The notes below the pieces were generated by a model that was given only the letters and a program-made list of their open reading frames with translations, did no database searches and was not told the origin of the DNA. From assembly GCF_020745735.1 (NCBI RefSeq), contig NC_083438.1, positions 32,610,443 to 32,674,442 of the forward strand: a stretch of 64,000 nucleotides of DNA. Reading direction: 5' to 3'. A program made the translations under genes and the position numbers. Below are positions 24,691 through 35,144 of this stretch, in pieces (the first letter of the stretch is position 1; every line of letters starts with the position of its first letter). The DNA is from Hemiscyllium ocellatum. Taxonomy: Eukaryota.

Positions 24691-25089
24691 TTTTGCACCC
24701 CATTCTTAACTTAGTATAGGACCCCCAGAATATAATATATCCCATTACATTCACCCTCACATCCTATAATATAACACCTCTGAGTATATCACTGCTCTGT
24801 GTTGGATCCCCGCACCCCCAATATAAAACATTCCTCAATCTGACGTCCCTCAGTGTGGGATCCCTATATTACATGTCCCTTGGTGTAGTAATCCGCAATG
24901 TAATGTCTCTCAATTTAACACCACCAATCACACTTCCCAGCATTAGGTCCATAGCCTTGAATTTTATGACGTTTCAAGTGCTCATGAAAGTACATTTTAA
25001 ATGTTGCGAGGTTATTCACCTCAACTAACCTCTCAGGCAGTGCATTCCAGTCCCCAATCACATTCTGGGAAAAACGGTTTTCCCTTCCA

Positions 25090-25840
25090 GTCCAAGATGG
25101 TGGTGGAGAAGGGCTCCTGTGCAGAGCTCATCTGCTTCGACTTTACTTTTTTTTTTGTCACCCCTCACTTTCCTTTTATTTTAAACTTACCCTGTTCTGA
25201 GCTTGGATAGCATCAGCAGTAGCAAGAACTCAGTGCTCAGACCTCGAGTTGTCTCAAACCAAGTCCAGTGCTCAGGCCTCAAGCACACCCAGAACACAGA
25301 AGAGTGAGCCCAGAACACAGTGGAGTGAATCCGTACTTACTTTTCTGGGGCTAATACAGGTCCTGGAATGAGAGTTGCCACATCTGCAGAGGCGACATTG
25401 GCGAGGCAGGCCCATCGGCAAAAGATGAGGATCAGCAACTTCATTGTTGGTGGATTTCAACGCTGGCAATGGCGGAATAGAATCATGGCAACATCAATGA
25501 GTAGCCCAGGAGCAAGAGATGCGACTCTGACATTGATTGATTCAGAGCAGGAGCATCGGCTCAGCAGCAACGATGGCACCTGAGGAGTGGCAACTTCAAT
25601 GTTTGTTGGGTCTGGTGTAGATGGCAGCAAAGTTGCGGCGGACAGGTGGCAGTGCAGACATCATTGACGGTGATGAACTGACTCAGGACTGATGGACTCT
25701 CTTCAAGCTACATCTTTCTTTTTTACCCTTATTATTCTATTATTCAAAAGGGAGCCATTTTGTGGTGACAAATAAAAGCTTTTCACTGTATTGTGTTGTA
25801 GCCTTATTGTCAAATACACATTACAATCAAATCAAATCTA
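25090..25840 (+). mobile_element. Interspersed repeat with an L2-like 3' tail (unclassified)
   Basis: Ends AATAAAAGCTTTTCACTGTA...ACAATCAAATCAAATC, resembling L2-type tails from memory; not verified. Confidence 0.3.
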
Positions 25841-26184
25841 TTCCCTGCTCAAACTCCTGCCTCTCATCTTAACGTTTGTTTCTTAACTGCTCTCTGGGTA
25901 TCCAAGGATGAGCAATATATGTTGGCCTCAGGCACAGATACCCACATCCTGTGAATGAATAAAAACATGAAGAAATGCCAAAGCAAGTTGGGAACTCAAT
26001 TGGCAACAGAAAGAGGGGGCTTAGAATATTTAAAATGTCAAATATTGAAAATAGATGCAAGGAAACTTAGGGATGAATTAAACAGTTATCTTATAAAGTT
26101 ATTTCATCTAAATTCAATGCTGCTGTTTGGGAAACAACTGCTCGCTCTCGATCTTGGCTCTGCCCATCTGAAAGGGTAAACTGG

Positions 26185-26470
26185 CAATTGGCGGCAATTA
26201 TGTCAATCAGAAGGTACCGTGTCCCTCCTCGATAATAACCAATCAGTGCGAGGTTCTATGATTGACAAGCCGGAGCCATATCTGAGTGGCCACAGCACTA
26301 ATCAATCACCGAGTCAAACACTTTTCTACGGGCCACATCGAGTACTCATTGGCCATCATCGTTAACCTATCATCGGGCCGACCACTGGATTTCGACCCGC
26401 CCCCCATTGGCGCGTGCGGAAACCGTTGGAGGAAAAAAGAAACGGTGAAAATTTGAAAAGTCAAACTGAA
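26185..26470. promoter_or_regulatory. CpG-rich promoter-like segment with several CCAAT boxes and a GC box
   Basis: CCAAT/ATTGG at 26187, 26239, 26348 and 26406; CCCGCCCCCC at 26396; local CpG enrichment against a CpG-poor background. Confidence 0.4.
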
Positions 26471-26666
26471 TGGCCAATTTCAGAAAGTTCAATGTACTGG
26501 AGAGTAACCTATATGAAGGAAGCTCAGGTGATATGGTTAATGTAATTTCTGCAGTTTCACACACACACATATTTCTTTATTCACACATATACACACACAC
26601 ACAGATACACACTAGACCCACACACACATACAAAGACACACTAAGACCCACACACATATGCACACT

Positions 26667-26794
26667 NNNNNNNNNNNNNNNNNNNNNNNNNNNNNNNNNN
26701 NNNNNNNNNNNNNNNNNNNNNNNNNNNNNNNNNNNNNNNNNNNNNNNNNNNNNNNNNNNNNNNNNNNNNNNNNNNNNNNNNNNNNNNNNNNNNN
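26667..26794. other. Assembly gap (128 N) next to a CA-rich microsatellite
   Basis: Directly visible. Confidence 0.99.
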
Positions 26795-27590
26795 AATTTC
26801 TATACTAAAACAGAAATTTAATGAATAAAAGTTGAAATTGTAAGACTAATAATTTACTAAGGCCATAAAGAAGCATGAACTGTAAGTCACCTCTGTAAAG
26901 ATAGGAACATGGTAACCTTGGGCAAGAAACCAAGGAATGCTTCAGTTAGACACAGAGGGCAAAATACAATGAAAGCTCTTTTCATGACATACACAAAAAT
27001 CAATAAATGTTATAACTAGTAGAACATGAAGATACCAAATAGCAGAAATTGTAAAATAATATAACATTTTAATTAAAGAAATTGGCAGAGAAAAGCGTGA
27101 AATGCTTTAACCAATGGAATTGTCATTAATGATTTTTAATGTAAGAAAAATCCATAGCGTGAGATGTTTAAACCAATGAAATTATCACCAATGTATTTGA
27201 ATGGAAAAATAATGTATAAGTATTAGTGCTGTAAAATCTCCCGTTGCGATTTCCGAAGTCTTTTTTGGAAACTCGCCCAATCTTCGAAGATTGAATAAAC
27301 ATCTGTTGCTCCGTTTGTGTGTGTCTCGCAGTATTTCGATTTGCCACGGGAGAAGTGATAGCCGCTGGGGATAAGGACTGATACCAGTCAACTTGGAGTT
27401 CGCCTTTTTGAACTTAACCTTGCGGACAGTCTCTCTTGATACAAGGGTTAAAGGACAGTCCGCGGTTGGCAGAGTTCGGAGGCAGGACCCGGTTGTTCTG
27501 AATCAGATCCCTAGAGTTAGAATAGTTAGCCAAGTGTCAGGAACTATTCTCCGGAGATTCAGAAAGCCTAGACAGAAATCACTTATAACA
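26795..27590 (+). mobile_element. LTR-like sequence of a second element (solo or 3' LTR; left end uncertain)
   Basis: Three CCAAT boxes (27111-27191), TATAAG at ~27215, AATAAA at ~27294, end TTATAACA at 27590; no similarity to LTR 27838-28443. Confidence 0.42.
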
Positions 27591-27837
27591 CAGGGAAGCA
27601 AATGATTTGGGGCGAGGGGAATGTTTAATGGGATGGGATAAGCATTGGATTTATTCTAAAGGAGTATTTTTTAATTTAAGAATTTATTGTCAGTGGTTGA
27701 AACTTCTCAGAGGAGGTGAACAAGTCTATTTTCTCTTCTCGTGTCAGTCCCACATTCTTCAATAAAGCCTCCCAAACCCACAACCTCCAGCCTCTCTGAG
27801 AAGCAAAAGACAGCAGCAACATGGGAATGCCATCATG

Positions 27838-28443
27838 TGTTAGAAACAAGCTCAATAAAATTTTAGAGGAGACCAACAAATCTGGAAACAAGACAATTTA
27901 TTACAGACTTGCAAGTATGGGCTGCAACTGCACAAAGCAATTGTGCAAATTAGACGAGGGTTAGTTTACAATTATACCTTTGAGCTGAGTGAGGTCACCT
28001 CTCCAGACTCCTAATTACCCAATCTCTCTTACTAGGCTATACAACTGCCCATCTTCACTCCACCCTTGTTACTTCCCCTTCCCCATGTTGGCAATCTTCC
28101 ATCCTGTTAGTGCTGACATTTTCATTATTTTGTCGATAGTACATCAAGATATAGTTTATAACATTTTGTATCAATACTGCTGGTACATTGCATTCTCCGT
28201 ACAGTTCATCACCTTTGTATCATTTTTGTACAGCATTTTAATTATCTCAGTTTTTTTGCTGGAAACTTATTTTAAAAGAGTTAACTTGCTTATATTATAC
28301 TCCAGAATTAGTATTTAATTAACCATAATTAAAAATAAAGATACACTTCCCCTAAGTACCTGCAGAGTTAATAATTTGTTTCTGCCGGACCCCTTTTCTT
28401 CGTGTTCTTTTATATCTGCAAAAACAACACTTCATTTCTAACA
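27838..28443 (-). mobile_element. ERV 3' LTR (606 bp)
   Basis: Minus strand starts TGTTAGAAA and ends TTTCTAACA (9-bp terminal inverted repeat), with internal TATAATT and AATAAA, directly preceded by a PPT. Confidence 0.88.
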
Positions 28444-28465
28444 ACTCCCCCATTTCTTTTATTTT
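28444..28465 (-). other. Polypurine tract AAAATAAAAGAAATGGGGGAGT
   Basis: Abuts the TG of the LTR, as in class I ERVs. Confidence 0.85.
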
Positions 28466-28589
28466 AATATTTGTTGTTTTTGCAATTTCTATTCTCTGCC
28501 CTCTTTTCACCCTAAGGTGTAGAGGTTCACAATCTTACCATTTCTGCTCTCTGAGTCTGCCTTTTTTTTCAAACTCTAGGAGTAATCTA

Positions 28590-28795
28590 TTACTCTCTTT
28601 CTTGTGTGTTTAATGTTGTCATGATCATCATTGATTGTTGACCTCCCAAGGACATCATCAACTTATTCATTATCCACTTTAACACGTTAAATCCTATTAT
28701 TAGTCCTACTATTAGTAAGATATAAAGTGATTTCTCCCGTTTCCTTGAATAGTCAGTATTACTATTGTTATAATATTATAACAATACCCACCCAT
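28590..28795 (-). pseudogene. Possible env relic: signal-like start joined out of frame to a TM/tail-like end
   Basis: MGGYCYNIITIVILTIQG in one frame and KSLYILLIVGLIIGFNVLKWIMNKLMMSLGGQQSMMIM in another, lying between integrase and PPT; only ~500 bp is available where an env gene would sit. Confidence 0.4.
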
Positions 28796-31638
28796 TTCTA
28801 ACAACTATCTACCTTCCTGTCTACCTGTCTTATTTCTTTAGGCGCCAGGAAGAGGTGAGTCCACACTGCCCTTACAATCAATAACAATATATCAGCAAAC
28901 TTTAAAAGAGTCTTTTGTCTCAATTCATTCTTTCTTTCTTTCTCAGCTTAATTTTCAGAGGAATTTCTGTAGGATGGGTGTGCCACACCGCAGGAGTTCA
29001 CAGGACCTTTGACACGAGTGTGATGGCTCCACCCTTTCTCAGCAGTCCGAACAACCGTTTCGGTGGTTAGAAGAGTTCGGAACGGTCCCTCCCAAATTGG
29101 ATGTAGTTTGGTATCCTTCCAGGTTTTAATCAAGACCCAATCATCTGGTCATACACGGTGTACTGCAAACTCTAGTGTTGGTGTTTATACCAACAAGCCT
29201 TTGTTCCTAAGAACAGATAATGAAGAACCAAGTGCCATAATATAATTTTTCAAAAATTTATCATTAAACGCGGCTGTAGGTATCTCTCCTTTCCCTCCTA
29301 GAAATGGTAGTCTAAACATCATTTCATAAGGGGAAAGACCAATATCGCGCCTTGGGGCAGTTCGGACACGTAATAGTACAATAGGCAAACATTTGGTCCA
29401 TGGAAATTGAGTCTCTACGACTAATTGGCAATGCTTCTATCCACCCTGTTAAATGGTCGACTGAGACCAACAGGTATTTCTACTTTCCCATTAGGGATAG
29501 TTCAGTGTGGTCTACTTGTATACTTTGGAAGGGTCTCACCCCTGGGTTTCTTCCTCCTTTGGGTATTTCCCTTATTATTTTCTTATTAATCTTCTGACAA
29601 GTTGTATATCCTATGCATATTTGTTTTGCTAATGTATAGATTCCCTTGCATCCATATTTCCTTAACACAATGTCGCACATAGCTTGGGAGCCCCAATGAC
29701 TACCTTGGTGTAAAGTAGCTAAGATGGTTCTCATAACAGGTTTACCCACCAATTCCCTCCCATCTGGCAAGATCCATTTTCCTTCAGTTGTCTTATTGGC
29801 CCCTATTTTCTGAAATTCTTTTTCTTCTTCCTCCGTGTACACAGGGTTCACGGAAGAAGAATCAACTAGGGGCGTTAGTACTTGCATTCTTGTTACTGTG
29901 GGTTTCATAGCTGCTTCTTTGGCTATTTCATCTGCTAGCCTGTTTCCCTTTGCTTCTAGTGTGTTCCCTTTCTGGTGTCCGGGTACGTGGACAATAGCTA
30001 TCTCCCGGGGTAATTTTAAGCTCCCCAATACTTGTCCTTTCAATTCTTCATGCACTAATTCCTTTCCTCTACTATTGATTAGTCCCCGTTCTTGCCATAT
30101 CTTTCTAAAGATATGTGCTATCCAATAAGCATACTTAGAGTCAGTGTAAATTGTTCCATCTCAATTCTTTAAGTGTTTTAAAGCTTGGTTCAATGCGTAC
30201 AATTCACAAGTCTGTGCTGACCATGCGTTAGGTAGCCAGTCAGCTTCCACTGTTGGTTCTCTTTACTCTCCTCGTCTGCGTAACCATTGCATCGTTTTCC
30301 TTCCACTACTTTTGATGACCCATATATAAATAATTGTCTCCTTCATGTAAAGGAATGTCTCTCAGGTCTTGCCTAATCTTAGTCTGATATTCAATGATAT
30401 CTAAACAGTCATGTTCTAGTTTGTCTAGAGGTTCTCCCTTCCATAAGAAGGTAGCTGGGTTTAGAGAGGTGTCTGTTGCTAATTCAGGGTCATCTTTTTC
30501 CATCTGAATGGCTTTGTATTTTAAAATTTGCAAACCTGTTAACCATCTTGCTGCCTTTTGGTTTAACACAGTTCTGACTTGATGGCGGGTACTAACTACT
30601 AGTGCTCCTCCAAAAGTGAGCTTCCTACATTCTTCTACCAATACGACAGTCACTGCTACTGCCTGTATACATTCAGGTCATCCTCTTGAAACTGGGTCCA
30701 AAACTTTGGACAGGAAGGCTATAGGCTGTCTATTTCCTCCTCCTTTCTGAGTTAACACTCCTAAGGCTGCTCCATCACTTACTGTTACAAAAAGATGAAA
30801 TGGTCTCTCTAGCGAGGGAAGGGCCAAAACTGGAGCTTGTATTAAACTACGCTATAACTCGCGTAAATTTTCTTTTTCTTCTTCTGTCCAGTGCAATTTT
30901 TCATGTTCGGACTCAGTCAATTTATAATATAGCCTCTTTGTTTTCTGAGCGAATGACTCTATCCGTAATCTGCAATAGCCATTAACCCTAGAAAGTTCTG
31001 TAATTCTCGTTTGGTTTCCGGGAGGGGCAACTCTACTATCCCTTGAATTCTGTTGGGGTTAATATGTCTAGTTCCTTTGTTAATAAGGTGTCCTAAGTAT
31101 TTCACCTCTTTTTCTGCATATTGCAATTTACTTCTAGTTACTCTTAACCCTGTTGTCCTCGGAAATTTAACAACCCATTGGTAGCTGAGCTTACATCATT
31201 TCTATTTTGTCCTGACACAAGTGGATCGTCTACGTATTGCAACAGTGACATTCCCCGAGGCATTTTATGTTGTTCCAGGACTTGTCCCAGTACTTGCCCA
31301 AATAAATTAGGTGATTCTGTGAATCTCTGGGGGAGTACTGTCCATCGGAATTGTTATTTTCTGCCAGTGTATGGATTTTCCCATTCAAAAGCAAATATAT
31401 CACGACCCTCTGGGGCTAAAGGGCAAGCCCAGAATGCATCTTTTAAATCTATCACACTAAACCAACAGTGTATCTTACTAAAAAGGGGTATATGGATTAG
31501 GCACCACTGGGTGGCATGTCTGAACCAGTCAATTTACTGATCTGAGATCTTGTACTAGTCGGTAAGTCCCATCTGGCTTCCGAACTGGTAGTATTGGAGT
31601 ATTAAAGGCTGACATGCATGGTTCCAGTAACCCTTCTT

Positions 31639-31978
31639 TAGATTAGATTAGACTTACAGTGTGGAAACAGGCCCTTCGGCCCAACAAGTCCACACCGACC
31701 CGCCGAAGCGCAACCCACCCATACCCCTACATTTACCCCTTACCTAACACTACGGGCAATTTAGCATGGCCAATTCACCTGACCCGCACATCTGCCAATT
31801 CACCTGACCCGCACATCTTTGGACTGTGGGAGGAAACCGGAGCACCCGGAGGAAACCCACGCAGACACGGGGAGAACGTGCAAACTCCACACAGTCAGTC
31901 GCCTGAGTCGGGAATTGAACCCGGGTCTACAGGCGCTGTGAGGCAGCAGTGCTAACCACTGTGCCACCGTGCCGCCCA
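31639..31978 (-). mobile_element. HE1-type SINE inserted in ERV RT, with an internal 25-bp tandem duplication
   Basis: The reverse complement has the same head and tail as 7916-8183; GCCAATTCACCTGACCCGCACATCT occurs twice at ~31769-31818. Confidence 0.9.
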
Positions 31979-31980
31979 TA

Positions 31981-32130
31981 ACTAGGGAGACGCCATTCCT
32001 GATGAAGGGCTTATGCTCGAAACGTCGAATTCCCTATTCCTGAGATGCTGCCTAACCTGCTGTGCTTTAACCAGCAACACATTTTCAGCTGTGATCTCCA
32101 GCATCTGCAGACCTCATTTTTTACTCGAAG
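31981..32130 (+). mobile_element. PLE 3' tail with a minimal hammerhead-like motif (31995-32030)
   Basis: ATTC-CTGATGA-AGGGC-TTAT-GCTC-GAAA-CG-TC-GAAT; the tail matches 15539-15637 and 24620-24690. Confidence 0.8.
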
Positions 32131-32659
32131 TCTATTACTGGTTGTAGACCCTTGCGTCCCTCGAATGAAACTGGATATTGTTTAAGTCTTACTGTTTTAT
32201 TTTCTTGTGACAGAGTGATTACAATGGGATTAATGTTTAAATAACCAGTCCTTGCTCACACATTAGGAATTATCTGCTCTTCCTCACTGGTTGTTAATCT
32301 ATTCATCGTTACAGCTACCGAATTGTTCTCAACTCCGATCTTTATATTTAGTAAAATGATCAAATCTCTACCTAAAAGATTGCTTTCGACATCAGGGATA
32401 TATAATAATTGTCCCGTTATTTCTTCATTATTTACTTTTATTAAAGTTGGTTTGAAAACTTGCACTAGGAATTCTTCCCCTTTTATTTCAAAATTTTGAG
32501 ACTTTTGTTAGTTTACTTAACACCACTAGGTCTAAAGCGTAGGGATGATCGGGCTGCTCCCGTATCCACTAGAAATACTGTTTCCTCTCCCTTAGGTCCC
32601 ACCTTTAAATTTATCAAGGGTTCCTGGTGGGTTTCAGGAAGAAGGAACCCCTGACTTCC

Positions 32660-34001
32660 CTATTCTTCATCAAAAGTCATCAACGAAACTGCTTCTTTTT
32701 GTCGCATTAGCTTTGGACAATCTTTCTTAAAATGTCCTGTTACTCCACAGTAATAAGATCCTGCCAATTGTCTTTTTTTATAATCTGTTCTTTGCCTCTT
32801 GTCTTTCCTTGTTGCTTTCTGATTCTATCTTTCTCTTCGCAACTTCCTCAACTGCTGCAACCATTATTTTAGCTTTCTGTTTCTCATCTTCTCTTTTTAC
32901 ATATACTTTCTGTGCTTCATGTAATTCCTCCATCTGTCTCTCACTCCATCCATCTAATTTCTGTAACTTCTTTTGTATGTCTGGCCATGATTTGGTTACG
33001 AACTGGACCTTCAAAAGTCCCTGAGCTATCGGATCATTAGGATTCATTCCTGAATATTTTCTAGTGACTTCTTTTAGCCTTTGCAAGAAAGCTGAGGGGG
33101 CTTCATCCTTGTCTTGTCTTACTTTAAAAGCTTTCGTAAAATTTTGGGATCTAGGCGCCGCCTCTCTGATTCCTAAAATACCCAACTCTCGAAAGTCCCT
33201 CATTTCTCCTCTAACATGTTCATCCATACCCTTCCATCGTGGGTCTATATTGGGGAATTTGTTTTCAGCTGGTATTACTCCCTCGCCCACAGGGTGTCTC
33301 TTTTCCCATTCCCTAAGCACAGCTCTTCTATTCACACCCTTTTCTTCTCCTGAAAATAGTGTCCCCATAATACTCATCAGTTCACCCCATGTGTACAAAT
33401 TCGGTCCCAGGAATTGATCCAACTGTTCCGCCAATCCTACTGGATCTTTAAACAAACGTTTCATTTCTCTTTTAAAAGACCTAACTTCACTACTGGTCAG
33501 CGGTGCATTAACATAGCCGATTTCGCCATTAACAACGGGTGCTTCTCTAAGGGGATATATTTGTGCCGTTGCCCCACCTATGTCCCTCTCTTCACTTCTT
33601 TTTACTGCTGATCTCGTTCTAATCGGACTCAAGGGAAGGTCTTCCCCCAGACCCCTTTCAGGTCCTTGTACCGGAGGGGGTGCTGTGGGAGAGGGAAACG
33701 ACAGGCCATTATTATCACTGTTATGTGTGGGAGGGGGTAAACTTGACAAAGGATCCCAGCGGGAATCCTTTGTTTCCTCATTGCCTTCTTCCGTTCTTGA
33801 CTTTTTCAGAATTAAAATTTTTGGGCTCCGTATCCAAAAGGCGGCGTAGTCAGATTCTTTACAGGAGCACTTAGGTTTCCTATTTACATATATATTTAAA
33901 TCTTGACATAACCAATCCTCGTCTGACCCATATTTAGGCCAAAATACATTTGGGGCTTTTATGCTTTCCTTAGTCCACTCAAAACAACAAAGTTTTATCA
34001 T
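32660..34001 (-). pseudogene. gag: ERV gag (407-aa ORF plus frameshifted NC); amber stop at 32660-32662 in an MLV-like readthrough context
   Basis: WPKYGS, capsid-like RQDKDEAPSAFLQRLKE and WPDIQKKLQKLDGW; degenerate knuckle SYYCGVTGHFKKDC; TAG-GGA-AGT-CAG-GGG in frame with protease. Confidence 0.92.
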
Positions 34002-34875
34002 TTGTTTTTGGTCTTTTCCTCACGTCCGAGGATTGTATTGCCAATCTCTTCGCATTTTTCCTAAAGGACTGTCCATTGGGATATAGTCTTCGGATGTCTC
34101 TCTCATTTCTCTTTCGACATCTGAATTGCTATTCTTATTTCCCATTTTAATACTCAGCCGTTTTCTTTATATAATTTTAATTAACCTCTCTGAGGTTCGG
34201 TGTTACGTTCTTCCACATCCACTTCAGGATCCTAGCCTCCGCGTGGGGGTTTCCCCTCTTAATAACCGGTCTAAGGCTGGGTGATCCAATCAGTTAGACA
34301 CCTTACTTGTGAGATTAATCTAGCCAATTAAAGACCATTATTCTCTTTTCTTTAAAGTTGCCAATTCCCCTGTACAGAACCGACCACCAAGGTAATACTT
34401 AAAGGTCAATTTTCATCCCTTGCTCTGTGCGCAAAAGTTACCTGGTCGAATGCGCGCCCCGTCCCGCGGCCATACCAGACAGCGAAAACTGTTGTCAATC
34501 TAGGTCGCCCGAAAATTTACCTTCACCCGGGTCTTATGTACACAAGAGTAACCCAACCGAACCACCACGTCTTAGTGCCCTTCGCACCGCGGCGAAACAG
34601 CAAGTAATGCTGCAAATCCTGGCCACCCGCGAATGCGGGTCTTAAGTCCATAAGAGTTACCTGACCAACCTGCCAGGTCTTAGTGTGCCTCGCTCGTGGC
34701 AAAGACTGACAACAAAACAAAACCTGCTGCCTACCCCGGTCGCCCGGATAATACTTATTTAAGACCTTTTTCATATCCGGATCTTGTGCACAACCCGCCG
34801 CGTCGCGTCTGCCCGTCTTGTTTCCAGGGTCTCTCAGTCCAGATCTCGCTCGCCCGAGCTGCCGCGGCAATGGGG
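34002..34875 (-). mobile_element. ERV 5' leader; 5' LTR and PBS absent
   Basis: CpG-rich sequence upstream of the gag ATG, ending abruptly at a CR1 fragment; shared with 825-1686. Confidence 0.75.
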
Positions 34876-35144
34876 GAGAGGGGAAAGATATAAAAGAGAC
34901 CTAAGGGGCAGCTTTATCACATACAGGGTGGTACGTGTATGGAATGAGCCGCTAGAGGATGTGGTGGAGGCTGGTACAATTGCAACTTTTAAAAGGCATT
35001 TGGATGGGTATATAAATAGGAAGGGTTTGGAGGGATATGGGCCATGTGCTGGCAGGTGGGATTAGATTGGGTTGGGATATCTGGTCGGCATGGACGGGTT
35101 GGACCAAAGGGTCTGTTTCCGTGCTGTACACCCCTATGATTCTA
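34876..35144 (+). mobile_element. 5'-truncated CR1 3' end, copy B
   Basis: Paralog of 1687-1952. Confidence 0.8.

Larger units (their letters stand above)
28948..32659 (-). pseudogene. pol: ERV pol (protease-RT-RNase H-integrase), disrupted
   Basis: LVDTGA (~32560), [29 protein letters not shown] (31225-31236), YTDSKYA, HVPGHQKG, GNRLADEIAK, HQGSHWG, IQVDH, WEGPF; frameshifts, stops, an insertion at 31639-32130 and an integrase-core deletion at ~29426. Confidence 0.95.

Noticed and set aside
26470-26808. 112-aa ORF
   Set aside because: It runs through a CA microsatellite and the N gap; at most the first ~19 codons could be an exon.
27008-27590. Exact solo LTR bounded by TGTTATAA...TTATAACA
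   Set aside because: The 8-bp inverted repeat is present, but the flanks (TAAA vs CAGG) give no TSD, so the left end probably lies further left or in the gap.
34840-34880. ERV primer-binding site
   Set aside because: No TGG-initiated tRNA-complementary tract or LTR end is recognisable; the leader is cut by the CR1 junction.
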